Assembly: GCA_019745315.1 (NCBI GenBank)
Contig: JAIETH010000002.1
Location: forward strand, 98,306 to 162,305
Reading direction: 5' to 3'
Length of the DNA: 64,000 bases
Origin: Patescibacteria group bacterium
GTDB taxonomy: Bacteria > Patescibacteriota > Minisyncoccia > Phycocordibacterales > UBA918
Made by a program: the position numbers and the translations under genes. Shown one piece after another: positions 28,322-37,530 of this stretch. How positions within the stretch are numbered: the first letter of the stretch is position 1; every line of letters starts with the position of its first letter. The notes beneath the pieces were generated by a model, which worked only from the letters and a program-made list of their open reading frames with translations, was not told the origin of the DNA and did no database searches.

Positions 28322-29212
28322 TTACCCGATATGAGTATCTCCTAGCATTTCTGTTCTGGTGACATAGGTGTGCCCTGGACGTGCCGCAACAAACTTAACT
28401 TCTGGATTCATAAAACGCATAGCCCAATCAAACTCTTCTTCAACTACAGCGCTCGGGCGAACATACTCCATCAAACCATTCCATACACTCTTGTTGTAAC
28501 AACCAATAAGTGAAACAACTTTTGTTTGTATTCTATGCGCCAAAAGAGCAGCTTGACCTGGGCTTAAACAGGATAATTCAGATATGGAACGATTTCCTTC
28601 CGCGTCTTTTATCTGTAGAGAATTTCCACTCGCATTTACAAATAACACATCTACATTCAAGTTATTAAATTTTTCCCAGACAGCATCCAATGTGAGCATC
28701 TGCCTATTGCGATTGCCTGCGGGATCGGCGATATGTAAAAGTGATCCTTGCTTACTAAATACATGCCACGCAAGATGTCCTGAGACTGTATGAGTATAGG
28801 CACGGATAGTCAAAGAACCTATAGTACAAGATTCCCCATCCACAAATCCTTGCGCGCGCACATCAAGCCCTTTTTCTCTAAAAAGAGAGTCTAAAATATC
28901 TTGATTGTCTTTTTTGAGCGTCGGATATCCAAACAGAGGTGATGAAGCGGTTGTTTTTGAAAAAATATCTAGTATATCTTTTTTGGGTGCATGGTGAGTA
29001 TGAAAATGGGAAACAAACACAGCGTCAACAGGCATATATTCCTCAACATTTGCATATCCTTGAGGCAACTGAAAATCAATAGTGCTGTGCCCCACAAGAC
29101 TTTCAAGAACAGGATACTTTACCGTACTGCTGGTAAACCATGGATCAATCAAAATATGAGTATCTCCTTCGCGAATACTTATTCCTGCATGTGCTATAAA
29201 CTGTATTTTCAT
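28322..29212 (-). CDS. MBL-fold metallo-hydrolase (UlaG/CMAH-like)
   Basis: MKIQFIAHAG, ILIDPWF and SHFHTHH motifs. Confidence 0.8.
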   Translation of the reverse strand: MKIQFIAHAGISIREGDTHILIDPWFTSSTVKYPVLESLVGHSTIDFQLPQGYANVEEYMPVDAVFVSHFHTHHAPKKDILDIFSKTTASSPLFGYPTLKKDNQDILDSLFREKGLDVRAQGFVDGESCTIGSLTIRAYTHTVSGHLAWHVFSKQGSLLHIADPAGNRNRQMLTLDAVWEKFNNLNVDVLFVNASGNSLQIKDAEGNRSISELSCLSPGQAALLAHRIQTKVVSLIGCYNKSVWNGLMEYVRPSAVVEEEFDWAMRFMNPEVKFVAARPGHTYVTRTEMLGDTHIG

Positions 29213-29317
29213 AAGATAGGTATTATATCAAAAAATAATTTTAAGCGTCTTTGGCCAGTAAATAACCCTGGCTCAAGCTATTGTGTCAGAAAAAGCGTTC
29301 TGAGATATACTATAGGG

Positions 29318-30619
29318 ATGGACACGATACTTTATAATCTGAAGAAGCTCGTTCCCCACCAACTCTTGGCACTTCTTCGACCTCCCTATCATTATATACT
29401 CACGCTCTGTGGGGCAGTATTCTATGGCTTCCCTTCTCGTGAAATAACCGTTATTGGAGTTACGGGAACAAAAGGAAAATCAACGGTAACTGAGCTCATC
29501 GCCGCAATCTTTGAAGCCGATGGTAAGCGCACGGCTGTTGCGAGCACAATACGATTTAAGATCGGCGAACGGAGCGAACCAAACCTCTATAAGATGACTA
29601 TGCCCGGACGATTTTTTATACAAAAATTTCTTCGTGATGCAGTCTCTGCTGGATGTACTGTTGCCATTGTCGAGATGACGAGCGAAGGAGCTCGTCAGTA
29701 CCGGCACAAGTTTATTGATCTTGATGCTCTGGTGTTCACCAACCTTTCTCCCGAGCATATAGAATCTCATGGGTCATTTGAGAAATACAAACAGGCAAAA
29801 CTATCGCTTGCTCATGCCCTCGAAGAATCCCGAAAACGACCTCGCCGTATCATTGCAAACGTTGATGACATACACGGGAAAGACTTCTTATTTATTGATG
29901 TTGAGAAAAAAATACCATACTCACTACAAGACCCAGAGCTTCATACACTTACAAAAGATGGCGTGAGCGTTGTGTTTAATGGAATCACAATCCGCACACC
30001 ACTTGTTGGTCTCTTTAATGTATATAACGTAATTGCAGCTATTTCTTGTGCTGAATCTTTTGGCATACCTCTCAAAATTATTGAGCGCGCCTTAGGAAGC
30101 CTCGCACCCATTAAAGGTCGTGTTGAAAAAATATCAACTCCTTCTGGCGCATCAAAAAATATTACTGCAGTTGTTGATTACGCCCATACACCAGACTCGC
30201 TTGAGAAACTCTATAAAGCTTTCAATGATATTCCGAAGATTTGCGTGCTGGGGAATACAGGAGGTGGACGCGATACATGGAAGCGACCAGAAATGGGTCG
30301 CATTGCTGGAGAATATTGTGATCATGTAGTGTTAACTGACGAAGACCCCTACGACGAAAATCCAAATCTTATTGTTGAAGCAATGAAAAATGGTATTACC
30401 GATCAAAACAAAGTGACTGTGATAATGGATCGTCGCGAAGCAATACGCCATGCGCTGCGCATTGCGCCCGATAAGTCCGTAGTTCTTATTAGCGGCAAAG
30501 GTACAGACCCATACATAATGGGACCTCGAAATACAAAAACTCCGTGGAGTGACGCCGAAACTGTTCGAGGAGAAATTGCATACCTTTTTCCAGTAGAATC
30601 ACGAAAACGCCATGGCTGA
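29318..30619 (+). CDS. murE: UDP-MurNAc-tripeptide synthetase
   Basis: GVTGTKGKST, FTNLSPEH, VDYAHTPD, DEDPYDE and GKG motifs. Confidence 0.9.
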   Translation: MDTILYNLKKLVPHQLLALLRPPYHYILTLCGAVFYGFPSREITVIGVTGTKGKSTVTELIAAIFEADGKRTAVASTIRFKIGERSEPNLYKMTMPGRFFIQKFLRDAVSAGCTVAIVEMTSEGARQYRHKFIDLDALVFTNLSPEHIESHGSFEKYKQAKLSLAHALEESRKRPRRIIANVDDIHGKDFLFIDVEKKIPYSLQDPELHTLTKDGVSVVFNGITIRTPLVGLFNVYNVIAAISCAESFGIPLKIIERALGSLAPIKGRVEKISTPSGASKNITAVVDYAHTPDSLEKLYKAFNDIPKICVLGNTGGGRDTWKRPEMGRIAGEYCDHVVLTDEDPYDENPNLIVEAMKNGITDQNKVTVIMDRREAIRHALRIAPDKSVVLISGKGTDPYIMGPRNTKTPWSDAETVRGEIAYLFPVESRKRHG

Positions 30620-30830
30620 TGAAAAAGGTGGAGGAGGAGGAGGTGACAGCGGACTTGGATTCTTTTTAATATTTTTTGGAGCAATTTTTGCTTTCTGGCT
30701 CATCTCAGGCGGAGGGCAAGGAGGAGGTATTTTTGGAAACGCAACGTCTTCCTTCTTTGGCGTATACAGCAGTACAACCATAGAAAGCTACACATCAGAA
30801 GAAAGTAACCAAGGTTCTTTTGTAAGATAA
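30612..30830 (+). CDS. Small single-TM hypothetical protein
   Basis: Gly-rich N-terminus plus one TM; overlaps the murE stop. Confidence 0.55.
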   Translation: MADEKGGGGGGDSGLGFFLIFFGAIFAFWLISGGGQGGGIFGNATSSFFGVYSSTTIESYTSEESNQGSFVR

Positions 30831-30859
30831 CTCTGGTCTAATTTTTATATACCCCACTT

Positions 30860-31231
30860 ATGCTCTCGATATTCCCCATCATGTTCTTGTCGTTACTGGC
30901 TCATGCAATTCTACGCGTAGCAACTGGGGCTGTACTCATCGCTTTTGGAATTCAGAATTTTCGAAAGATACAGAGCGGCACTCAACATACACACCTTTTC
31001 CTCGTGACCATCTGTGCCCTTTATGAAGTGGTATGTGGAGCACTTTTGGTGGTTGGGTACTTAACGCAAGCAGCCGCACTTACTCTTGTGGGATACGCAC
31101 TCCTTATTTCTTTTGTGCGAAGAAGCGGAGTCTCGACACTGCCGGCGTCGACTCGTATTTTGTTAGCTGGTATAGGTCTCTCACTTTTTATAACAGGAGC
31201 AGGCGCATTTGCTGTTGACATGCCTTTTTAA
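30860..31231 (+). CDS. DoxX-family membrane protein
   Basis: ILRVATG, EVVCGALLVVGYLTQAAA and GAGAFAVD motifs. Confidence 0.8.
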   Translation: MLSIFPIMFLSLLAHAILRVATGAVLIAFGIQNFRKIQSGTQHTHLFLVTICALYEVVCGALLVVGYLTQAAALTLVGYALLISFVRRSGVSTLPASTRILLAGIGLSLFITGAGAFAVDMPF

Positions 31232-31320
31232 TCACTTTTTTGTAAGTGGTGACATTTCACAAAATACTGGTATAGTGGACGCGAGCGTAAGCTCTTTTTT
31301 GTTTTGTAGAAACAAAAGAT

Positions 31321-31498
31321 TATATCCGCCCGTGGCTCAGTCAGGTAGGCGTAGAAAGTACCCCGCACTTTCTACCCTTTTAAGGAGAAGATCTTCATCC
31401 AAACACAATATATCCGCCCGTAGCTCACATCAGTGAGCGTAGACAGCATCCCATGCTCTCTACCCTTTTAACGAGAAGGTACATTTATCGTTAACACA
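31321..31498 (+). repeat. Two degenerate tandem copies of the tRNA-Lys 5' half, each with an inserted hairpin
   Basis: Units start at 31321, 31409 and 31499 (the real tRNA); they share TAYATCCGCCCGTRGCTCA and CCCTTTTAASGAGA. Confidence 0.85.
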
Positions 31499-31503
31499 TA
31501 CAT

Positions 31504-31579
31504 CCGCCCGTAGCTCAGTCGGTAGAGCAGCTCCCTTTTAAGGAGATGGTCGTAGGTTCAATTCCTACCGGGCGGACCA
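31504..31579 (+). tRNA. tRNA-Lys(TTT)
   Basis: CCGCCCGTAGCTCAGTCGGTAGAGC..CTTTTAA..GGTTCAATTCCTACCGGGCGGACCA. Confidence 0.95.
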
Positions 31580-31616
31580 AAAGAAAAAACAGCACGCAGG
31601 TGCTGTTTTTTCTTTT

Positions 31617-31790
31617 GGTCCGAAACAGAGCCATGTCGCAAGGCGACGGCGAGTTGGGGTCGCGAGATTTTCTTTAGAAAATACTCGTGACGACCTTTTA
31701 GCCCGAGGCGCAGCTATGTCGCTTTTGCGACCGCGAGTCGGGATCACAAATAAATTTCCGTAAGGAAATTTATTTGTGATGACAAATTGT
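31617..31790 (+). repeat. Two tandem module-B units downstream of tRNA-Lys
   Basis: AGCYATGTCGC-N3-4-GCGAC-SGCGAGTYGGGRTCR-[hairpin]-GTGAYGAC occurs twice; perfect 17-bp stem at 31743-31780. Confidence 0.8.
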
Positions 31791-31799
31791 CCGAGCCCC

Positions 31800-32495
31800 C
31801 TACACCCGAAGCAGAAACCTCTCTAAATCAATACTCATATCGCCTTCGCTATGCCCTCTATGGTACACAGCAAGGAGTGAATTTGATATATCCACCAGAC
31901 TTTCTTTGGTAAAGAGCTTGAGAGCGCCCTTTGCTTTCTTATACGGATACTCTTTCATACCAGCTTGCTCTGCACTCTGTGCAACAGTCACTAGCAGTAA
32001 TGATTTAATTTGCCAAAACAACACTCCTGCAACCTCTTCTGGTGAAACACCTGAAGCATATGCACGCATAAGCAATACCCATAAAGACTTTTTATCTCTT
32101 CGCAAAAAAGCGTCAGCAAGTAGAAATGTGTTGAAGCCTTCTTTTTCATCACGCTCTTCGCTCTCTGTATATTTCTCAGCATGAATACGTAATTTTTTTT
32201 CATACGCTGCCCGAGGTTTGGTATCAAGTAAAACGAAGACCCGTTCTGACTGTGCGTAAAGGTCAATATCTTCCTCAAATGATTCAAGGGCTCCATCTGC
32301 TTCAGAGAGAAAGTCGAGAACTACAGGACCAGGACTCTCTCCAAAAAGAGATTGCGCGTATACATGATCAATGAGCATGCCTGGACTATATGACTCTGCA
32401 GTTATACGAACCACCTCTCCTTCCAATGTGTCTAAAAAAACATGCGCATCTTTTCGCACAACAACACCGTCATTACCTACAAATACATAGAGCAT
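31800..32495 (-). CDS. DNA polymerase III delta-like subunit
   Basis: MLYVFVGND, QSLFG, FLLADAF and GVLFWQIK; shortened HolA pattern. Confidence 0.7.
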   Translation of the reverse strand: MLYVFVGNDGVVVRKDAHVFLDTLEGEVVRITAESYSPGMLIDHVYAQSLFGESPGPVVLDFLSEADGALESFEEDIDLYAQSERVFVLLDTKPRAAYEKKLRIHAEKYTESEERDEKEGFNTFLLADAFLRRDKKSLWVLLMRAYASGVSPEEVAGVLFWQIKSLLLVTVAQSAEQAGMKEYPYKKAKGALKLFTKESLVDISNSLLAVYHRGHSEGDMSIDLERFLLRV

Positions 32496-32519
32496 ACAAA
32501 AAGTGAGCTTACTACCATT

Positions 32520-34946
32520 TTATGTGAGGTCTTTTTTAATTTTCTTCATATCTCCCCAGCTAGCTCCGACCGCAACCTCTGCAACAATTGGTACACCCTC
32601 ACGTTTCTCGTGCGGCAAAACTTCTTCCAAAATTTCTTTTATCTTCCATATAGGAGCACGGTCGCCCTCCCTAACTTCAAATACCAACTCATCATGAACC
32701 TGCAAAAGCATGTGAACACCTTCGATATTTTTTAAATAGTCATCAATACGTATCATAGCAACACGAAGCATATCCGCTCCTGTACCCTGAACAGGGGCAT
32801 TAATCGCCATGCGTTCAGCGCTCGCTCGCACAAACGGTATAGTTGAACGAATGCCTGGGAAATACCGACGTCGTCCAAAGAGAGTTTCGGTGTACCCATG
32901 CTTGTATGCAAACGCCTTCGTGTCTTCAAGATACTGAGTAAGTTTAGTAAACGTATGGAAATATGCATTTAAGAACTCCTGCGCCTCAGCACGCGTTGTG
33001 CCTTCTCCTAAATTGGCACGGAGCGCATTAACCCCCATACCGTAGAGAATACCGAAGTTGATGACTTTTGCTTTCCTGCGCATCTCTGCATCAACTTTTT
33101 CTTGAGGCACTCCAAATACACGCGATGCAACACCGCTATGTACGTCTTCGCCTCGTGCAAAAATCTCAATGAATTTCGGATCACATGAAAGGAATGCAGC
33201 GATACGCAACTCAATCTGAGAGTAATCGATTGAAACCAGCTCAAAACCTGGAGCGGCAATAAATGCTTTTCGAATAGCTCTCCCCTCTTCCGTGCGAATA
33301 GGAATATTTTGGAGGTTAGGATTTTGAGAAGACATTCGTCCTGTTGTTGTACCTGCCTGAAGAAAGGTTGTATGAATACGACCATCTGCGCCAACAAGTG
33401 TAGGCAAGCTGTCGACATACGTAGAAAGGAGTTTTTGTAACTCTCTATATCTAAGAATCTGATCAATAATAGGATGTTGATCTCGCAACTTTTCGAGCTC
33501 TGACTCTCGGGTCGAACGCTGTCCCGTAGCAGTACGTTTTTGATTTTTTACTCCGAGACCAAGCACATCATACAAAATGTCCCCCATTTGTTTTGGTGAA
33601 TTAATATTGAAGACCTGCCCTGCAATACGATGAATCTCATCTTCTTTTTCTTTTAATTCTTTATGGAAAATAACCGAAAGCCCCTTGAGATACTCAATAT
33701 TAAGAGTAATTCCATACTTCTCCATAGTACGCAGTACAGGCATCAGTGGAACTTCAATATCTTCATATACTTTTTTTAACGAGAGACGATCAAGTTCTGC
33801 AAAAATAAAAGCTTTTGTTTCAGAAAAATTTGACGCCTTCCCTTCGGTGCGCCCAAATTCCAAAATTTCTTCTAACGTAGGATTTGTAGTATCTGATCGC
33901 AAAACCCAGAGAGCCAAGGCTGTGTGTGCAACTTCATCTTCAGGAATCACCTCCTCTTCTTTTTGCTGCTCCTCTACAAGAACACCTCCAAAGAGCGTCC
34001 TAATGCGGTCAGAGAGCGTCCGGAAACCGAGCTCTGCAAAAAGCGTAAGCACAACCTCTGTATCGAGAGCTTCGCGCCACGAAGTATGTGGCAAAACAAA
34101 GTCTATCGGGGCGTCTATTCGTATAGTAGCGAGCATCTTAGAAAAACGCGCCTCTTCTTCATTATCTTTGAGGAGATTAATGATTCGAGGAGTGAGACCC
34201 AAGCGCGCAACAGATGCCTCATCCTTCTTAAGCACAGCGTACATTTTTTCTATAGTGCGGTACTCAGAAATTAATATGGTTGCTGTTTTTTCCCCAATAC
34301 CCACAATTCCAGGAATATTATCTGAAGGATCCCCACGCAAACCCTTATAGTCAGGTATTGATGTCGGCCCAAAACCAAAACGCTCAACCACAGCTTTTTC
34401 ATCATACATAACGGTATCTTTTATACCCTTCCGTAGGGTATACACCTGCACACGAGTACCCTCAATGAGTTGGAGGGTATCCATATCTCCCGAAGCAATA
34501 ACAACATCAATATCTTTTCTATTCTTCATCGTATGGGCAATAGTGCCGAGCATATCGTCTGCTTCGAAACCACCATATTCGACGAGCGGAATACCGAAAG
34601 CCGCAAACACATCTCGAGAACGATTTATCTGAGCAACAAGAGCTTCGTCCGTCTTCACACGTCCGGCCTTATACCCCTCAAATGCCTGATGTCTGTAGGT
34701 TGGCTCAGGCAGATCAAAACATGCAACGATATATGTGGGCTTAAGTTCTTCGACAATCTTTAGCACCATTGTCACAAGGCCGTAGAGAGCGCCCGTCGGC
34801 TCACCTTTTGGAGAAGCGAAATCAGGGAGAGCGTGGTACGCGCGGTGCAATATTGCATGAGCATCAAGCAACACAAGGCGCTCTCGCGTAGCGTTTTCTT
34901 TTTTTACACGAACCTTCGCGCTTTTTTTTGAAACAGAGTCAGTCAT
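32520..34946 (-). CDS. polA: DNA polymerase I
   Basis: 5' nuclease (EADD, GDPSDNIPG) and polymerase motifs (DYSQIELR, KVINFGILYG, QVHDEL). Confidence 0.97.
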   Translation of the reverse strand: MTDSVSKKSAKVRVKKENATRERLVLLDAHAILHRAYHALPDFASPKGEPTGALYGLVTMVLKIVEELKPTYIVACFDLPEPTYRHQAFEGYKAGRVKTDEALVAQINRSRDVFAAFGIPLVEYGGFEADDMLGTIAHTMKNRKDIDVVIASGDMDTLQLIEGTRVQVYTLRKGIKDTVMYDEKAVVERFGFGPTSIPDYKGLRGDPSDNIPGIVGIGEKTATILISEYRTIEKMYAVLKKDEASVARLGLTPRIINLLKDNEEEARFSKMLATIRIDAPIDFVLPHTSWREALDTEVVLTLFAELGFRTLSDRIRTLFGGVLVEEQQKEEEVIPEDEVAHTALALWVLRSDTTNPTLEEILEFGRTEGKASNFSETKAFIFAELDRLSLKKVYEDIEVPLMPVLRTMEKYGITLNIEYLKGLSVIFHKELKEKEDEIHRIAGQVFNINSPKQMGDILYDVLGLGVKNQKRTATGQRSTRESELEKLRDQHPIIDQILRYRELQKLLSTYVDSLPTLVGADGRIHTTFLQAGTTTGRMSSQNPNLQNIPIRTEEGRAIRKAFIAAPGFELVSIDYSQIELRIAAFLSCDPKFIEIFARGEDVHSGVASRVFGVPQEKVDAEMRRKAKVINFGILYGMGVNALRANLGEGTTRAEAQEFLNAYFHTFTKLTQYLEDTKAFAYKHGYTETLFGRRRYFPGIRSTIPFVRASAERMAINAPVQGTGADMLRVAMIRIDDYLKNIEGVHMLLQVHDELVFEVREGDRAPIWKIKEILEEVLPHEKREGVPIVAEVAVGASWGDMKKIKKDLT

Positions 34947-35412
34947 TATGTATGCCAAACACCTTAACGTTTCGCACCCCATCCCCCACAACAATAAAGT
35001 CTATATGGAGGGTTTCTTTGAGTGCGGCATGCATACGCTCAACCCATTCAACCACAACAAGAGAGTGCTCGCTACTAAGGATATTCTCTATATCAAGAGA
35101 ACGAAGCTCGCGAGCATCTTCAATGCGATACGCGTCCATGTGAATAAAACTGGCAAAATCAGGGTGTGTGGTTGTATATCGTTTTTGTATTACAAATGTA
35201 GGACTTGTTACGATTTCAGCAACTCCAAGAACTCGAGCAAGAGACTGACTAAATGTCGTTTTGCCTGCGCCTAAATCTCCAGAAATTCCACACACAGTCG
35301 CCCCTATCTTGGGACGGTGACGTAGAAGCATATCAAGAACCTCCGAAGCAAATATATCGACTTCTGCAAGGGTGATGTTTTTTTCTACGAGAAGAGATAG
35401 TGTTGGATCCAT
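34939..35412 (-). CDS. tsaE: t6A biosynthesis ATPase
   Basis: GDLGAGKTTF, VTSPTF, HMDAYR and VEW motifs. Confidence 0.95.
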   Translation of the reverse strand: MDPTLSLLVEKNITLAEVDIFASEVLDMLLRHRPKIGATVCGISGDLGAGKTTFSQSLARVLGVAEIVTSPTFVIQKRYTTTHPDFASFIHMDAYRIEDARELRSLDIENILSSEHSLVVVEWVERMHAALKETLHIDFIVVGDGVRNVKVFGIHND

Positions 35413-35509
35413 ATCAGAGAGAAGTATAGCAATAAATACACGGGGCGTCAGATACGAGAAACTGTTATTTTCCAACAAACAACCGTGTCGCTCGTGCTAC
35501 CATACAGAC

Positions 35510-37165
35510 ATGGCTCAATTTGACGATCTTTCCCATAAAGTATCTGAACTCTACCGCACAGAGGAAGAGGAGCTCATGAAAGCCCTCTCGGTGCGATATG
35601 GACACCAATACATAAATCTTATGGGTGTAGTGATAAACACCGAGGCATTACGACTTATAGACGAAAAAACCGCCAAAATAGCAGAGTGTGCTGTTTTTGC
35701 GCGAAGCGCCACCAAACTATCTATAGCAGTACGAAATCCTAATAAAAAAGAAACTGTCGACCTGCTTCAATCTCTCAAAGAGCGGAATTTTTCTACACAA
35801 ATTTTTATGGCTTCAACCGGGAGTCTTTCCCATGCATGGGAAAGATATCACGACGTCGTCCCTGCAACAGCGAGCGAAAAAGGTGTGCTTGGTATTACCT
35901 CAGCAGAAATTGCACATATGGCTGAGACACTTACCACCGTCGCGGATGTGACCACGACAGTAAATAACCTCCAAATTAGTGACGGGCATCGCAACGTGTC
36001 TACTATTCTTACCGCACTTTTGGGAGGAGCTCTTTCGCTTGGTGCGTCTGACCTTCATGTTGAACCCGAAGAAGACACCACCCGTATCCGCTATCGACTT
36101 GATGGAGCATTGTTTGATATTTGTACTGTAGATACCCATTCATACTCACTTATTCGTGCACGACTCAAGCTACTTGCAGGACTGAAGTTAAATATTACAA
36201 ATCAAGCGCAAGATGGCCGCTTTACTATCGATGTAGGCTCTAAGCAGTACGAGATACGTCTTTCTGCTATACCTGGCGCATACGGAGAATCTATTGTTAT
36301 GCGTTTTCTTGACCCATCAAGCATTCAAGTCAAAATTGAAGACTTTGGCATTAATGAATATTTACTCCCTATCATCCACCGCGAATTAAAACGACCTGAA
36401 GGAATGATAATCACAACAGGTCCGACAGGGTCTGGAAAAACAACAACACTCTATACATTTTTACAAATGGTACACAATTCTGAGGTCAAAATTATCACAC
36501 TTGAAGATCCTATTGAATATCATCTCGATGGCGTTGTGCAAACCCAGATTGCCGACAAGTATTCCTTTGCCAGCGGCTTACGTTCTATTCTGCGCCAAGA
36601 CCCTGATGTAATTCTTGTAGGAGAAATTCGAGACAGCGAAGTAGCTGAAACCGCAATGAATGCCGCACTCACAGGACACCTTGTCTTTTCAACGCTTCAC
36701 ACAAACAGCGCAGCGGCAGCGTTCCCACGACTCCGCGATCTCGGCATTGACCCACGAACAATGGGGAGCGGACTCCACTTGGTTCTTGCGCAACGCTTAG
36801 TCCGAAAACTATGCCTTACATGCAGAAAAGAACGAGCGCTCGAAGAATCTGAGCGTGAACTGTTTACTCATATATTAGAAACATATCCGACCCACGTGTC
36901 ACTTGAAAATGCTCAGGTATTTGAGCCTGTAGGATGTCCAGCATGCGGAGGAAGCGGATACAAAGGACGAATGGGTGTATATGAAGGCATTTGTATTGAC
37001 GAGCAGGTAAGCGAAGTTTTACTTTCGGATATGCGAGAGCGCGCCATCATTGAAGCGGCTCAGCCACAAAAAATCCCCTCTCTTAAGCAAGATGGGGTTA
37101 TGAAAGTCCTCTCTGGAATTACAGCTCTTTCTGAGCTTGAAAAAGTCGTTGATTTACATGGATAA
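35510..37165 (+). CDS. PilB/GspE-family assembly ATPase
   Basis: ASDLHVEP, GPTGSGKTT, LRQDPD, TGHLVFSTLH and two CxxC motifs. Confidence 0.92.
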   Translation: MAQFDDLSHKVSELYRTEEEELMKALSVRYGHQYINLMGVVINTEALRLIDEKTAKIAECAVFARSATKLSIAVRNPNKKETVDLLQSLKERNFSTQIFMASTGSLSHAWERYHDVVPATASEKGVLGITSAEIAHMAETLTTVADVTTTVNNLQISDGHRNVSTILTALLGGALSLGASDLHVEPEEDTTRIRYRLDGALFDICTVDTHSYSLIRARLKLLAGLKLNITNQAQDGRFTIDVGSKQYEIRLSAIPGAYGESIVMRFLDPSSIQVKIEDFGINEYLLPIIHRELKRPEGMIITTGPTGSGKTTTLYTFLQMVHNSEVKIITLEDPIEYHLDGVVQTQIADKYSFASGLRSILRQDPDVILVGEIRDSEVAETAMNAALTGHLVFSTLHTNSAAAAFPRLRDLGIDPRTMGSGLHLVLAQRLVRKLCLTCRKERALEESERELFTHILETYPTHVSLENAQVFEPVGCPACGGSGYKGRMGVYEGICIDEQVSEVLLSDMRERAIIEAAQPQKIPSLKQDGVMKVLSGITALSELEKVVDLHG

Positions 37166-37264
37166 AAAAACTGATTTGAGCGTGCACATATATATAGCGT
37201 GCGGTCAATATTTCTCTTAAGGACGTATATGCTATAGTCGAAGAGAAGTGCTCTTTTGAGATGA

Positions 37265-37412
37265 AATCCAGAATATAACCCTCTTTGCAAACCTTTTGAA
37301 TGAAAAGTGACAAACAACGCTAAGGTGTGCCCCAGTGATTTTTGCGTAAAGCAAAAGACCAAAGCATCCTCGTATAGTTGCCAACGTTGCAAAGAGGGTT
37401 ATCGTCTGGATT
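37265..37412. ncRNA. Candidate structured RNA or palindromic element
   Basis: Long closing stem AATCCAGA..ATAACCCTCTTTGCAA / TTGCAAAGAGGGTTAT..TCTGGATT with internal hairpins. Confidence 0.4.
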
Positions 37413-37530
37413 AACGAAACCCGAGTATATAATTGTGGTGAGCGCCTTAAACCATAGTGGTATAAGGAAAGAAATTCCGATTTCAACCGGAAAGGAACAT
37501 ACACAAAAATATTAGCATGGATTGATTTTT

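Noticed and set aside
16581-29212. Prophage or known defence island
   Set aside because: No phage structural, integrase or recognisable defence-system genes.
31321-31579. CRISPR array
   Set aside because: The repeats are tRNA-derived and degenerate, there are only three units, and no cas genes are present.
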